A stretch of 64,000 nt of DNA from Armatimonadota bacterium. GTDB lineage: Bacteria; Armatimonadota; HRBIN16. The notes beneath the pieces were generated by a model that was not told the DNA's origin, searched no databases, and saw only the letters and a program-made list of their open reading frames with translations. Where the stretch lies: assembly GCA_963677485.1 (NCBI GenBank), contig OY781964.1, forward strand, positions 800,001 to 864,000, read 5' to 3'. Position 1 is the stretch's first letter; every line of letters starts with the position of its first letter. Made by a program: the position numbers and the translations under genes. Positions 1 through 10,263 of the stretch are shown here, piece by piece.

Positions 1-1622
1 TTTACCTGAGTGATTTGTGCGGTGACGTCATCGCCAATCATTGCCCACTGTACTTTTTTGTCCGTACTGACGAGCTTGCAGACGCTCCATCGGAACTTGC
101 GCACCTGCCCAGATGATGTCACCAGATTTTCTTCAATATTGGCAGGTAACCTGCTGGTCAGCAGCAAAATGAAGCGTGCCCTAACGTCATCCTGCCTTGC
201 CTCAGGAATGAATGTTGTGACGAAATTCAAGCCAATAATTCTATTTTGTCGTATACCGAACACTTGCTCCGTATATTGATTGCACCGTTCAATCCGTAAA
301 TGCTCATCAAGCTGTAGCACGACAGTATGAATGCTGTTCATCAGCGTTTCGTAATAGCTGTTTTGAGACTCAAGTTCCTGCTGTTTGTGAACAGCATCCG
401 TCACATCGCGGCAGGTTCCTGCCACTATGGCAGGTGTCCCCTGCTCATCCCATGCCACTACACTGGCATGGTTACTCAACCATCGCTGCTGCCCCTCGAT
501 TGAGTTAATGGGATGGTCCAAATCGTATCGGTCTCGCTTACCCTTGGCACAATCGGACACGTATTCGCTCACAAGCTTACGGTAAGGTTCCGGTATGTGG
601 CGCATCAAGCTGGCCACCATCACACTATTAGATTCGCTTGACAGGCTGAACATACGCATCAAAGCTTGGTTGACGCGAATAACCCCCGTATCAAGTTGTA
701 GAACCCATACGCCTTCCTGCCCACCTGTTACCCCATAATCCTCCAATGACCGAGGAGGGGCAGGTATGACTGGCGTTTTTCGGAACTTGAAGACACCAAA
801 TCCCCCCAACAAGCCGCCAACGGCTGTAAATAGAACCGACAGCCATATCAAACGCACATCGGTGTCCACTACAGGCAAATACGGGGTCAGCCACAGCTCT
901 TCATACTTTGCGTAGGAGCCATCCTCGTGCATCTGTTCAATGGCCTCATTAAAGGACTGGGTGAGTTCCAGTCGGCCCCGTTGGGTAATCACGCAGAAAG
1001 ACCTGTGGTTCAAGGGAAGCGTCAGGGTCGACAGCTCGTTCATTCTCTTGTTGGTTTGGCAGTAACCGACCGTCGCTTCTGGAGCCAAGGTGGCATCATA
1101 ACGGTGGTCATTCACGGAGGCAATAATCTGAATCGTATTGAGACTTCGTTCCGCGTCACCGATACCCAATGATTCCATGTGATACGGCAGGTTGACACCT
1201 GACGTCACCACGACTTTTTTCAATGCCAACTGATCGGTTTTGTATATACCGCTTCGACGGTTGTATGCAACCACGGTGTTATACGATGCATACCCGCTGC
1301 TGCACTCCACTTTCGAAAGCAAGGATTCCGAGAACGCGACTCCCACAGCCAGATCAACTTTGGCAGCTATCACAGAAGGAACCAAATCCTCATAGTTCAT
1401 AGCTACCCATGTGATGGAGTAACCGCGCTTTGCTGCAAAATTCTTGAGGAGGCTGATGGAGAAACCAGACGGGGCCTGACCTTCTTCAAATTCATATGGT
1501 GGAAAGGAGGAGTTGTATGCCACACGCAGAGGGGTTAAGTGCTTACTAGCCGAACCAGGAGAAGACGCACAAACGAACAACACGAAAATCAGGCATATTA
1601 TGATATGCATGTTTCGGCTCAT
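1..1622 (-). CDS. Membrane sensor protein: signal peptide, family-3 solute-binding domain, TM helix and PAS/PAC domains (partial; runs off the window start)
   Basis: Absent from the ORF track because it has no stop in the window. Hand translation from ATG 1622 (purine-rich GGAGGGG RBS upstream) gives MSRNMHIIICLIFVLFVCASS...LRVAYNSSFPPYEFEEGQAPSGFSISLL. A PAC-like segment in the same frame lies at the window edge (QWAMIGDDVTAQ). The output domain is outside the window. Confidence 0.8.
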   Translation of the reverse strand, partial: MSRNMHIIICLIFVLFVCASSPGSASKHLTPLRVAYNSSFPPYEFEEGQAPSGFSISLLKNFAAKRGYSITWVAMNYEDLVPSVIAAKVDLAVGVAFSESLLSKVECSSGYASYNTVVAYNRRSGIYKTDQLALKKVVVTSGVNLPYHMESLGIGDAERSLNTIQIIASVNDHRYDATLAPEATVGYCQTNKRMNELSTLTLPLNHRSFCVITQRGRLELTQSFNEAIEQMHEDGSYAKYEELWLTPYLPVVDTDVRLIWLSVLFTAVGGLLGGFGVFKFRKTPVIPAPPRSLEDYGVTGGQEGVWVLQLDTGVIRVNQALMRMFSLSSESNSVMVASLMRHIPEPYRKLVSEYVSDCAKGKRDRYDLDHPINSIEGQQRWLSNHASVVAWDEQGTPAIVAGTCRDVTDAVHKQQELESQNSYYETLMNSIHTVVLQLDEHLRIERCNQYTEQVFGIRQNRIIGLNFVTTFIPEARQDDVRARFILLLTSRLPANIEENLVTSSGQVRKFRWSVCKLVSTDKKVQWAMIGDDVTAQITQV

Positions 1623-1829
1623 GGCGTCCCCTCCCTTCATTGGTCGTTATGGTTTTAACTGGTGGATGCTGATAAGGTTCATCGCCTTATATATCAACTT
1701 ATACCACATTAGGTTTCCATATACAAACATTATGCGATATCACCATGACATATTGCTAGGTGATATCGCATATTATCGTGAATAAACGAATTATTTACGT
1801 TAAGGGAATGGTGGTGCAACCGCTTACGA

Positions 1830-2693
1830 CTAGAGCAGTGTTTTAGCGATTTTTTCTATCTCGGCAAACTGCTCAGAAACGAGTAACTGTGCATAGCTGG
1901 TGATCTCACCGGTGACCATCATCTTCCTCCAGGCTGCCCACGGGTGAGCCATACGCCAACCCTTTACCTGTGCAGACAGTATGGAGCGTTCTGCCTGTAG
2001 ATAGGCTTCACGCGTCGGCTCATCCCAAGCGACCATATTCCGAGCTAGCGTGGCGATCCGGCTGATGATGGCATCGGCATATTTCCGGCCTAACTCGGCA
2101 GAGGCACCAGGAGGAGCGGTCACAATCGGCTTGTATTCCGGGTCATACTCGAGTTGCTGTAAATCCGTCATCTCGGGAAAAAGATGCAAAGCTAACGAGG
2201 TTTCACCGATACCGGCATGATCACCCAGGTAACCCTGGTCTTGCGCCAGCCAGTATTCCGGCAACCCAATCACAGGAATTTGCAGCCGTTCCGTCATGCG
2301 GACAGCGACTTCGCGCACCACGATCTGCTGGTTGTGCCCGTAGTGACCTGTCAAAATAAAAATCGCTTTGAAGCCTAGTCGGTGGAATTCGTAGCACAAC
2401 TGTTCTAGCCAGGGGCGAAGCAGCAGGTTGGGCCAATCATTCTCGCCTTCGATTTTCACCGTCGCCGGTTTTTCCAAACCACCCATACCGCCATATAGTG
2501 CTGGGTGAACCACACCACCACCCGCCTGCGAACAGGCTTGCATCAGCAGCCGATGCGCCTTTACAGCATCAAGGCCCAGTGTATTGTGCTCACCGTGCCA
2601 CTCTACGGTTCCTAATGGCAAGAAGCAGACCGGCAATGCCGATTGAGCTTCGCGGAACTGCTTTGGCAGCATCCTCTCCCAATTCGTCTCCAT
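1830..2693 (-). CDS. Creatininase family protein
   Basis: Motifs LPLGTVEWHGEHNTLGLD, TGHYGH and DHAGIGETS. Confidence 0.85.
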   Translation of the reverse strand: METNWERMLPKQFREAQSALPVCFLPLGTVEWHGEHNTLGLDAVKAHRLLMQACSQAGGGVVHPALYGGMGGLEKPATVKIEGENDWPNLLLRPWLEQLCYEFHRLGFKAIFILTGHYGHNQQIVVREVAVRMTERLQIPVIGLPEYWLAQDQGYLGDHAGIGETSLALHLFPEMTDLQQLEYDPEYKPIVTAPPGASAELGRKYADAIISRIATLARNMVAWDEPTREAYLQAERSILSAQVKGWRMAHPWAAWRKMMVTGEITSYAQLLVSEQFAEIEKIAKTLL

Positions 2694-2754
2694 AGCCGAT
2701 ATCCCCCCTCGGTCTGTAAATGGTGTGTCTGTCAGAACGAAACCCTCACGATCG

Positions 2755-3141
2755 CTATTTCAGCAGATCCCTGCACTGCTCCATCAAGCAGTCCACATGT
2801 TCCATGTTGGCATCATCAACGGCTGCGTCATAGTCAGCATTCTTCTCAAGACAGCAGCTCTGAGAGATGACGACATAGGCGAAATTCTCAACACCTGCAC
2901 GCTCAACAACGCGTTTTGCGCACCCCTGTTGACAACCGTCAAGCACAAGCACCTTCTCGCAGCATTTAACCGAGGTGACTTTGGAAGAGACGTGGGCCCC
3001 CAGGCTTGTTGCGCAGGTAAATCGCCCTGCGCCTTCTCTGTCCAGCCTTTTGGCCACCTCTACGGCTATCTGTCCAACATTACACGCTCCTGAGCAGGCT
3101 AAGACCGCCTTCTCTGACTTGCCGTGGCGAATAGGTGCCAT
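2755..3141 (-). CDS. DGC-domain putative zinc-binding protein
   Basis: Motifs CSGACNVGQIA and LDGCQQGCAK. Start placed at ATG 3141, which follows a GGAGG RBS. Confidence 0.8.
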   Translation of the reverse strand: MAPIRHGKSEKAVLACSGACNVGQIAVEVAKRLDREGAGRFTCATSLGAHVSSKVTSVKCCEKVLVLDGCQQGCAKRVVERAGVENFAYVVISQSCCLEKNADYDAAVDDANMEHVDCLMEQCRDLLK

Positions 3142-3294
3142 TTGAATACCCTCCATCGAAGCACGCTTGGCAGGCGAGAAAAAAAGACTCACCTGATTCC
3201 ATCTTAGGCCACGTGTTAGATAAATGTCAATAACATATCATCAAGATCAAGGTAAGATATGAATGATGGATACACATATTCAGGTGGTGTTACG

Positions 3295-4236
3295 ATGATA
3301 ACTGTGAAAAAACATATCACGAATCTAGCACTATTACTGGCTGCGTCCATATGTAGTGCCACACCGGTCATCCTCGTCGCACCAACAAACTCCGACGCGG
3401 GTAATATCAACCAAGGTGAACCAGTTAACTTCAGTGTCGAGGTTTATAACAAAGGGGACCAAACCCTGAAACTCTCGGCGACATCCGGGTGTAACTGCGG
3501 CAAGGTTGATGTAGAACCATTAGTGCCACCGAAAGAGATGGTGCTGCTGAAATACTTGGTCCAGACCAACGACATGCAGGGTAAAACAACCCGTAGCGTG
3601 CAGCTTCATTCCAATGATCCAAAACACCCCAACATAAATCTAATCTTTCGTATGAATGTCAAAGCTCCAATCTGGCTGGAACCTACCGAGCCCACCTTGA
3701 TCAACCTCACTGCAGGTGCTATCGCCAAACGCACATTCATGGTCAAAAGCTCATCTCAAGCACCGGTAGTACTCGGCGAACCGTCTGGCCTGCCGCAGTA
3801 TTGCACTGCTAGGGTTCAAGGGAACCGCGTGATTCTGACCGTCACCCCCTATGCCCCATACGGTCGAAGTGGTTTCACGGCCAATATACCAGTCATCAAG
3901 CCGACCGAAGGTTCTGTAAATGCCGTTGTAGCGATTAACAAAGGAATCGTGTCAGAACCAGCCAGCCTCTACCTGGGTAGCAGCTCCACAGCAACGGTTA
4001 AGCCCATGAAGTCGCGTGTCGTTCTTAACGCCATATCCCCATTCACAGTTTCCGCTGTGACGGCACCAAGAGAGCTCGCTGTCGTGGTCAAGAAGATTCG
4101 CCCTAACAGTTGGGCTGTTGAGGTCACCATGACCAAACCACTTGCTAAGGGGATATACAGGAACACAGTGGTTTTGAAAACAAATCAGCCTGGACAAAGC
4201 AGCCTAAGGATACCTGTTGTGGCCATACGATATTAA
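3295..4236 (+). CDS. Exported DUF1573 (Ig-like) domain protein
   Basis: Signal-peptide-like N-terminus, N-x-G-x-x-x-L...SGCNCG and a SNDP motif. The ORF is open from 3259, but ATG 3295 follows AGGTGG. Confidence 0.7.
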   Translation: MITVKKHITNLALLLAASICSATPVILVAPTNSDAGNINQGEPVNFSVEVYNKGDQTLKLSATSGCNCGKVDVEPLVPPKEMVLLKYLVQTNDMQGKTTRSVQLHSNDPKHPNINLIFRMNVKAPIWLEPTEPTLINLTAGAIAKRTFMVKSSSQAPVVLGEPSGLPQYCTARVQGNRVILTVTPYAPYGRSGFTANIPVIKPTEGSVNAVVAINKGIVSEPASLYLGSSSTATVKPMKSRVVLNAISPFTVSAVTAPRELAVVVKKIRPNSWAVEVTMTKPLAKGIYRNTVVLKTNQPGQSSLRIPVVAIRY

Positions 4237-4291
4237 GTCGCTGTCTCTAACTACCGCCAAATTCGCAACCGAACACAGGAGAAATATCGAT

Positions 4292-5173
4292 ATGAGTATT
4301 CAGGTTGATTGGAGTAACCCATACGCTGACCGAAACGGAACATGGTTAAAGGGGAACCTGCACGCACATACCAATCCTGCCAGTCTGTGCGCTCAGATAT
4401 TGGTTGAGGAGTGTATCAGTCGCTATGTTCAGCTCAGATATGACTTTATATCCATCTCAGACCACTTCAACTATAAGCCGAGGGTTGATGAACGCATCAC
4501 CATCATTCCGGGGATGGAATGGAATGCCAAGGATGGGGGTTCGCATACCGGCATCTATGCGAATTCTGGAGAGGTTGTTAAAGCAGCGATCGAGATTCAC
4601 GACCACAACGAATTACTACGTTATATGTCCAAAACCGATGCTCTCGTGATACTCAACCACCCGAACTGGCAGCTCAGACCACATTACAGGCGTGAGGAGA
4701 TGCTGGCGGCCACCCCGTATGACGGTATCGAGATATACAACGGCGTGATAGAGCGACTGGATGGTTATTCCATCGCGACCGACAAATGGGACTTCCTTTT
4801 GGCCAAAGACCGAAAGGTGCTTGGTTTTGCCAGTGATGATTCGCATGCCTATGGCGACATTGGTCTGGCCAGTATTCATGTCAGGTCGAAGTCGCGGAAT
4901 GAGTGCGATATCATGTCAGCCATCAAGTCAGGTAATTTCTACTGCTCAAATGGAGTCACTATACGCGATATTCACATGACGGGCGGCATGATCGAGTTAT
5001 CATCACCTGACGCCGAAGAGATCCACGTTCGTGCTGACGGCGGTACACTCATCAAACGGGTGATGGGCAACTCCATCAAAATAGACATGGCGGACTACGG
5101 CGTCAAATATATGCGGTTCGCGTTGTATGGTCAAGGCAGTGCCATGGCCTGGACCCAGCCCTTTTTCAAGTAG
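4292..5173 (+). CDS. PHP-domain (CehA/McbA-like) metallohydrolase
   Basis: Motifs WLKGNLHAHT, ISDH, NHP, IEIYN, ASDDSH and C-terminal AWTQP. AGGAG RBS before ATG 4292. Confidence 0.8.
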   Translation: MSIQVDWSNPYADRNGTWLKGNLHAHTNPASLCAQILVEECISRYVQLRYDFISISDHFNYKPRVDERITIIPGMEWNAKDGGSHTGIYANSGEVVKAAIEIHDHNELLRYMSKTDALVILNHPNWQLRPHYRREEMLAATPYDGIEIYNGVIERLDGYSIATDKWDFLLAKDRKVLGFASDDSHAYGDIGLASIHVRSKSRNECDIMSAIKSGNFYCSNGVTIRDIHMTGGMIELSSPDAEEIHVRADGGTLIKRVMGNSIKIDMADYGVKYMRFALYGQGSAMAWTQPFFK

Positions 5174-5242
5174 AAGCTTGCAATTCATCGGGGTATTTCC
5201 GGTGGTGGGATGACCTTGGTAGCGATCAGGGTTTCTCCGGGC

Positions 5243-5529
5243 GTAGGGATGACCCTTGTGGTCATCCGAACACGGTTTTGGATACCAACCCGCTGCCCCG
5301 TAACGCAACCCGAGTCCGCCGGTTTACATCGCCGCGGACGGCCACAAGGGCCGTCCCTACGGATTCACTGTGCAGTGAACTCAACGCCAAGCGTGTACAA
5401 GCCTCCCGGTCGTAGGGATGACCCTGGTGGTCATCCGAACACGTTTTTGGATACCGACCCGTTACCCCGATGCGCAACACAGGCCTGCCGGTACACATCG
5501 CCGCGGACGGCCACAAGGGCCGTCCTTAC
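5243..5529. repeat. GTAG-type REP array: two 118-bp REPIN units
   Basis: GTAGGGATGACCCTTGTGGTCATCCG (5243-5268) pairs with inverted CGGACGGCCACAAGGGCCGTCCCTAC (5335-5360). The unit repeats at 5412-5529 after a 51-nt spacer. Confidence 0.85.
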
Positions 5530-5653
5530 AGATCCGTTGTGCGGTTCATCTGATAGCTCACAGGCAGCTCAACCCACGCATTGAAAGCGTTAATTTTTGC
5601 GAAACTGTGGGCAAATCGGTCACAATGTACATGATCCCCCAATTGAGGTTTTC

Positions 5654-7489
5654 ATGGAATACGAACTTCTTGCCCCTGCACGTGACCTGGAATGCGGACG
5701 CATCGCAGTAGATTGCGGTGCTGATTCGGTCTACATCGGTGCCCCCCGCTTCTCCGCTCGCGAAGACGCCGGTAACACCCTGGAAGATATCAGCCAACTG
5801 GTTCAATACGCCCACAGATACTGGGTAAAAATATATGTTGCACTAAACACCCTGCTCACCGATGGTGAGCTCAAACAAGCCACACGAATCGCCCATCAAT
5901 GTGCCGAAATCGGCGTTGATGGCCTCATCATACAAGATATGGGCCTGCTGATGGCGGACCTGCCAGATATCCCCCTCATCGCCAGCACCCAGATGCATAA
6001 CCATACCCCGGAACGGGTGGCCTTTCTGCACGATATGGGCATTCAGAGGGCAATTTTGGCCCGCGAACTGAGCCTTGATGAGATTCAAGCGATCCATGAC
6101 CACACCCCCGCGATGGAGCTTGAGGTATTCATCCATGGAGCCTTATGCGTATGCTACTCAGGCCAATGCACCCTGAGTTACGCCATGGGCGGCCGAAGCG
6201 GCAACCGCGGCCAGTGTGCCCAACCTTGCCGTCTGCGATACGCTTTGCAGGACGACAATGGGAACGAGCTGCACCCCTCTGCTCACCTTCTTTCCATCAA
6301 GGATTTGAACCAGACCTCCAACCTGCGTGACTTGATCGATGCAGGAGTGTGCAGTTTCAAGATTGAAGGGCGGCTGAAAGGCCCAGACTATGTCAAGAAT
6401 GTGGTCACCCACTATCGGCGTCATCTGGACATCGAGCTGGAAGCCCGCGGGCTGAAACGATGTTCCAGCGGCAGGACTCAGACAGACATGCTGACCGACC
6501 CGTCCAAGAGCTTTAACCGTGGGTTCACCACTCACCACATCTACGGCAGGACATCGCGTCTGGCCAACTGGACCACCCCAAAAATGCTGGGTGAACGCAT
6601 CGGCGAGGTGATCCAGTGCGATACCCGTGGTTTGAGTGTGCGCACGGATGCCACTCTGACCCCAGGTGACGGCATCTGCTATGTGGATTCACGCGGCAAT
6701 ATGGCTGGGTTCACGCTGAATGCGGTCGATGGGTTTAGACTGACCCCAGGCCGTTTCGACAAAATGCCCATCGGGACCGTGCTTTACCGCAACCACGACC
6801 ATCTTTTTAACAAGCAGCTCACCAAAGCCAAAGTGGAACGTCTACTGCGGGTCAGTCTGGCCATGGAAGGTTCGCTGGAGGCACTGACGCTCAGCATCAC
6901 CGACGCGGACGGCATCTGCAGCAGCCATCGGTTGGACGGTCCGTTCGTCATCGCTGAACAGGCGGAGCGCGCCAATGAGACCATATCACGGCAACTTGGG
7001 AAACTAGGCGCAGCCAATATGGAGGCGACCGAGATATCGGTGCAGCTTGACCCCGCCCCCTTCGTGCCCATGAGCGTCCTGAATGAGTTTCGCCGAGGCG
7101 CGATTGAAGCCCACTGGCTGCAACGTGTCGCCCAGATGCCCAGAGGACATCGCGGTGAGATGCAGTCAGACACCCCCTATCCTGAGCCCAAACTTGATTT
7201 CCGTGCCAATGTGATGAACCCGCTAGCCCTAGAGTTCTACCGCATTCATGAAGCTGAGGTCACAGAACGGGCGGCCGAGACGGGTTTGGAAATGGGCAAT
7301 CGGCCCGTTATGACGACCAAATATTGCATCAAACATGAGCTTAACGTCTGCCCGAAGCAGAACCCAACCACAAACCTGACCGAGCCCCTGTGGCTGGTTG
7401 ATGAAATGGGTTCTCGATTACGGCTTCGCTTCAACTGTGCCCGCTGCCAGATGGAGGTGTGGACGGAATCAGGCGCGCAACACTCATGA
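5654..7489 (+). CDS. Peptidase U32 family protein with DUF3656 (RlhA-like rRNA hydroxylation protein)
   Basis: Motifs ELLAPA, GADSVYIG, EVFIHGALCVCYSGQC, NRGQCAQPCR and SFKIEGR, plus the long C-terminal extension typical of the RlhA subgroup. Confidence 0.8.
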   Translation: MEYELLAPARDLECGRIAVDCGADSVYIGAPRFSAREDAGNTLEDISQLVQYAHRYWVKIYVALNTLLTDGELKQATRIAHQCAEIGVDGLIIQDMGLLMADLPDIPLIASTQMHNHTPERVAFLHDMGIQRAILARELSLDEIQAIHDHTPAMELEVFIHGALCVCYSGQCTLSYAMGGRSGNRGQCAQPCRLRYALQDDNGNELHPSAHLLSIKDLNQTSNLRDLIDAGVCSFKIEGRLKGPDYVKNVVTHYRRHLDIELEARGLKRCSSGRTQTDMLTDPSKSFNRGFTTHHIYGRTSRLANWTTPKMLGERIGEVIQCDTRGLSVRTDATLTPGDGICYVDSRGNMAGFTLNAVDGFRLTPGRFDKMPIGTVLYRNHDHLFNKQLTKAKVERLLRVSLAMEGSLEALTLSITDADGICSSHRLDGPFVIAEQAERANETISRQLGKLGAANMEATEISVQLDPAPFVPMSVLNEFRRGAIEAHWLQRVAQMPRGHRGEMQSDTPYPEPKLDFRANVMNPLALEFYRIHEAEVTERAAETGLEMGNRPVMTTKYCIKHELNVCPKQNPTTNLTEPLWLVDEMGSRLRLRFNCARCQMEVWTESGAQHS

Positions 7490-7515
7490 GCATTATGGGT
7501 GTATCATAATTTGAG

Positions 7516-8679
7516 ATGACACAGTTTTTAGGTTTTAATATGACTTCCCAAAGTCATATCAAAGGTAATGCGCAGTATGACAGGCGCACGAAGCACTTGG
7601 TCCACAGGTTGCGTCCTGGAGAGATCGCCATCATCGATCATGGCGACCTCGATGGACTGGCAGCTCAGACCCTCGTGCAGTGCCGTCCGGCGGCCGTCAT
7701 CAACCTTAGCCGCAGTATCTCTGGTCTGTATCCCAACACCGGCCCCACCATTCTGCTGGCTGCTGGGATTGCCCTGTTTGAATGCCAGCACCGTGAGCTG
7801 TTAAGTCACCTGACTCGGCCGGTAGCAGCCGAGATCACGCCCGAAAACAAGCTGCGGATCCGTGGTGTCGCTGAGGTGTTTACCCTTCAGCCCATCACTA
7901 AAGAGCTAGTCGATGAGCAACTGGCCGAAGCCCGCGAAAACCTTAAAAGCGAAATGATGAACTTCGCAAGCAACACTCTTGAGTATCTGCAAAAAGAGGC
8001 AGGGCCGCTGCTGGACCCACTGCACCTGCCTGGTGTCAAGACTGTGATGCAGAACAAGCACGTGGTGGTGGTGGTGAGAGGTTCGCGCTTTGAGGCTGAC
8101 CTGGAGGCGATCTCAGGATACATGCGTGACGTCAAGCCCGTCATCATCGCGGTAGACGGTGCCGCCGATTCGTTGATATCACGGGGCTTCAAGCCGCACA
8201 TCATACTCGGTGACATGGACAGCGTGAGTGACGAAGCGCTGCGCAGTGGTGCCGAACTGCTAACCCATCAGTATGCGAACAGCCAGAAGGCATCACCTGC
8301 ACTCCAACGCATGCAGGAACAACATTTACCTCATATCGTGTGGCGGTTTCTGGGAACCAGCGAAGACCTGGCCATGCTGCTTGCCTACGAACTCGGGGCC
8401 AAACTCATCGTGACTGTAGGCAGTCATTTCAGTATGATTGAGTTTCTTGAGAAGGGGCGTATGGGTATGTCAAGCACCTTCCTCACACGGCTGCGTGTGG
8501 GTGATCGACTGGTAGACGCCAAGGGGGTGAGCCGATTGTGGACAAGCCGCCTTCCGCGGACGGAGCTGTCGCTATTAATCGTCTCCGCCCTGGTCCCGGT
8601 CATCGCAGCATTCTGTCTATCACCATCTGGCCGACACATTATAAAATTGGTCGGTATGTGGTTCAAACTAAACTTCTAA
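7516..8679 (+). CDS. steA: SteA-like protein (thiamine-pyrophosphokinase-like domain, C-terminal membrane anchor)
   Basis: Motifs DRRTKHLVHRLRPGEIAIIDHGDLD, SISGLYPNTGP, IAVDGAAD, GDMDSVSD and STFLTRLRVGDRLVDAKGVS. Confidence 0.85.
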   Translation: MTQFLGFNMTSQSHIKGNAQYDRRTKHLVHRLRPGEIAIIDHGDLDGLAAQTLVQCRPAAVINLSRSISGLYPNTGPTILLAAGIALFECQHRELLSHLTRPVAAEITPENKLRIRGVAEVFTLQPITKELVDEQLAEARENLKSEMMNFASNTLEYLQKEAGPLLDPLHLPGVKTVMQNKHVVVVVRGSRFEADLEAISGYMRDVKPVIIAVDGAADSLISRGFKPHIILGDMDSVSDEALRSGAELLTHQYANSQKASPALQRMQEQHLPHIVWRFLGTSEDLAMLLAYELGAKLIVTVGSHFSMIEFLEKGRMGMSSTFLTRLRVGDRLVDAKGVSRLWTSRLPRTELSLLIVSALVPVIAAFCLSPSGRHIIKLVGMWFKLNF

Positions 8680-8695
8680 TAATGAGAATAAGCCG

Positions 8696-9571
8696 ATGAA
8701 TCCCGGATTACGATATCATATAGCCAGCCTGGCGGCGGTTTTTCTTGCCCTTACTGTGGGCTTGCTCATAGGTGGCCTGTTCCTCAACACCGCTCCGACC
8801 ACCACTCAGGACAAGTTGATAAACCGCATCCAAGGCGACATCGAGACACTGACAAATGAAAGTAACGCCAATAAACAGGCCCTAGAACGAAATCGAGAGT
8901 TCATAAAGGCACTGGCGCCAGCACTTCAAAACTCGCTGATGAAAACAAGAAGCGTGTCAGTGGTGATGACTGGTGACGACACCAAGGCACTCGATGAAGC
9001 CATCTCCGCTGTTCGTGAATCAGGTGCTAAACTCAATGGTGTCATCCGAATTACCGATAAATATGAAATTAAGTCGCCCCGAAACAGGCAAAACCTCATT
9101 GACAACCTGCGCTTGGCATACCCAAACCTGCCAAATGACAACCAGGCTATCATACGGTGTATCGCCAACTCGGCATTCATACCGTCGTCGTTCGATGCAA
9201 TTCGAAAAACTCTCTCAGATGCAGGCATCATCGACTTCGAAGGCAGCTTTAATGAACAAAACACGGTGATTTTACTCGTTGGCGGCAACAGCACAGACAG
9301 CGAACGTGTTGTGACGCTTGATAAGCCGATGATTAGCATTTGGAAAGCCAACAACCTAAAAGTGGCCGCCAGCGAAAGGTCCGATGCCGCTTATTCGCAC
9401 ATATCGACGTACCGTGAAAGCAAAATCGCGGTTGTGGACTGCATCGACACGTTGATTGGCCGTCTGTTATTTAACGTGATATATGATGTTGAGCCGATGG
9501 TCTACGGTATCACCGAACAGGCTGACTTGACGACACCAAAGCGTATGGACCAGGTACTCAAAGTTAAATGA
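8696..9571 (+). CDS. SteB/MctB (DUF3186, 'copper transporter') family protein
   Basis: N-terminal LRYHIASLAAVFLALTVGLLIG followed by a coiled coil; C-terminal VDCIDTLIGR and YG; directly downstream of steA. Confidence 0.8.
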   Translation: MNPGLRYHIASLAAVFLALTVGLLIGGLFLNTAPTTTQDKLINRIQGDIETLTNESNANKQALERNREFIKALAPALQNSLMKTRSVSVVMTGDDTKALDEAISAVRESGAKLNGVIRITDKYEIKSPRNRQNLIDNLRLAYPNLPNDNQAIIRCIANSAFIPSSFDAIRKTLSDAGIIDFEGSFNEQNTVILLVGGNSTDSERVVTLDKPMISIWKANNLKVAASERSDAAYSHISTYRESKIAVVDCIDTLIGRLLFNVIYDVEPMVYGITEQADLTTPKRMDQVLKVK

Positions 9572-10263
9572 GCATCTTTGCCATCGTTCCGGCGCATAAC
9601 GAATCATCACATATCACCGCCACGTTGTGTGCGTTGAAGCAGTTCGTGCCGGCTGAGAACATAGTGGGCGTGGCTGACAACTGCTCAGACGACACTTTCG
9701 CGCTCATGCAGAGTGCTGGCATCCAAGCCGTTCAGCGAAATGGGAACGGCGGCAAATCCGCGGCGGTAGCGAGTGGAATGCGGGCTTGTGCTGATTTGCC
9801 GATTAGTGATAGCGACACGTTGCTGCTCTGCGATGCCGACGTGGCTGAAAGCGCGATCGAGCTTCGTGAGTTGTGCAGTGCTCTGGTGGATCAAGCCGCT
9901 CAAGCCGCCGTCGCTGTGTTTCCTTCTGCTGGAAAAGCAGCCGGGATGGGCTTCGTGGTGCGGTACTCCAAGAAAGTTTTGTTGAGGCACACAGGGCAAC
10001 AGTTCCAGGCACCGCTCAGTGGGCAACGTGCTATACAGTGGAAGTATGCCCGCAAACTCAAGGCGTTTTGCAGTTATTACGGACTTGAGGTGGGTATGAG
10101 CACCGACCTGCATATGCTGGGTGCCAACATCATTGAGGTTCCGGTTAATATGACACACCGGCACACCGGGCGCAGCCTTGCCGGGTTCCTGCACCGGGCG
10201 AAACAGGGCTACCACGCTTTTCGAGCAGCACATGGAGTCAGAGACATACCGATATGGGCTTAA
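9568..10263 (+). CDS. Glycosyltransferase family 2 (DPM/GpgS-like)
   Basis: Motifs IVPAHNES, DNCSDDT, CDAD, APLSGQRA and YGLEVG. ATGA overlap with the upstream gene. Confidence 0.8.
   Translation: MSIFAIVPAHNESSHITATLCALKQFVPAENIVGVADNCSDDTFALMQSAGIQAVQRNGNGGKSAAVASGMRACADLPISDSDTLLLCDADVAESAIELRELCSALVDQAAQAAVAVFPSAGKAAGMGFVVRYSKKVLLRHTGQQFQAPLSGQRAIQWKYARKLKAFCSYYGLEVGMSTDLHMLGANIIEVPVNMTHRHTGRSLAGFLHRAKQGYHAFRAAHGVRDIPIWA

Noticed and set aside
5243-5529. Possible CRISPR array (26-bp palindromic repeats)
   Set aside because: The repeats alternate in orientation, the spacers are themselves repeated, and there are no cas genes in the window. This is REPIN architecture.
5210-5711. ORFs MTLVVIRTRFWIPTR...
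   Set aside because: They are translations of the REP repeats.
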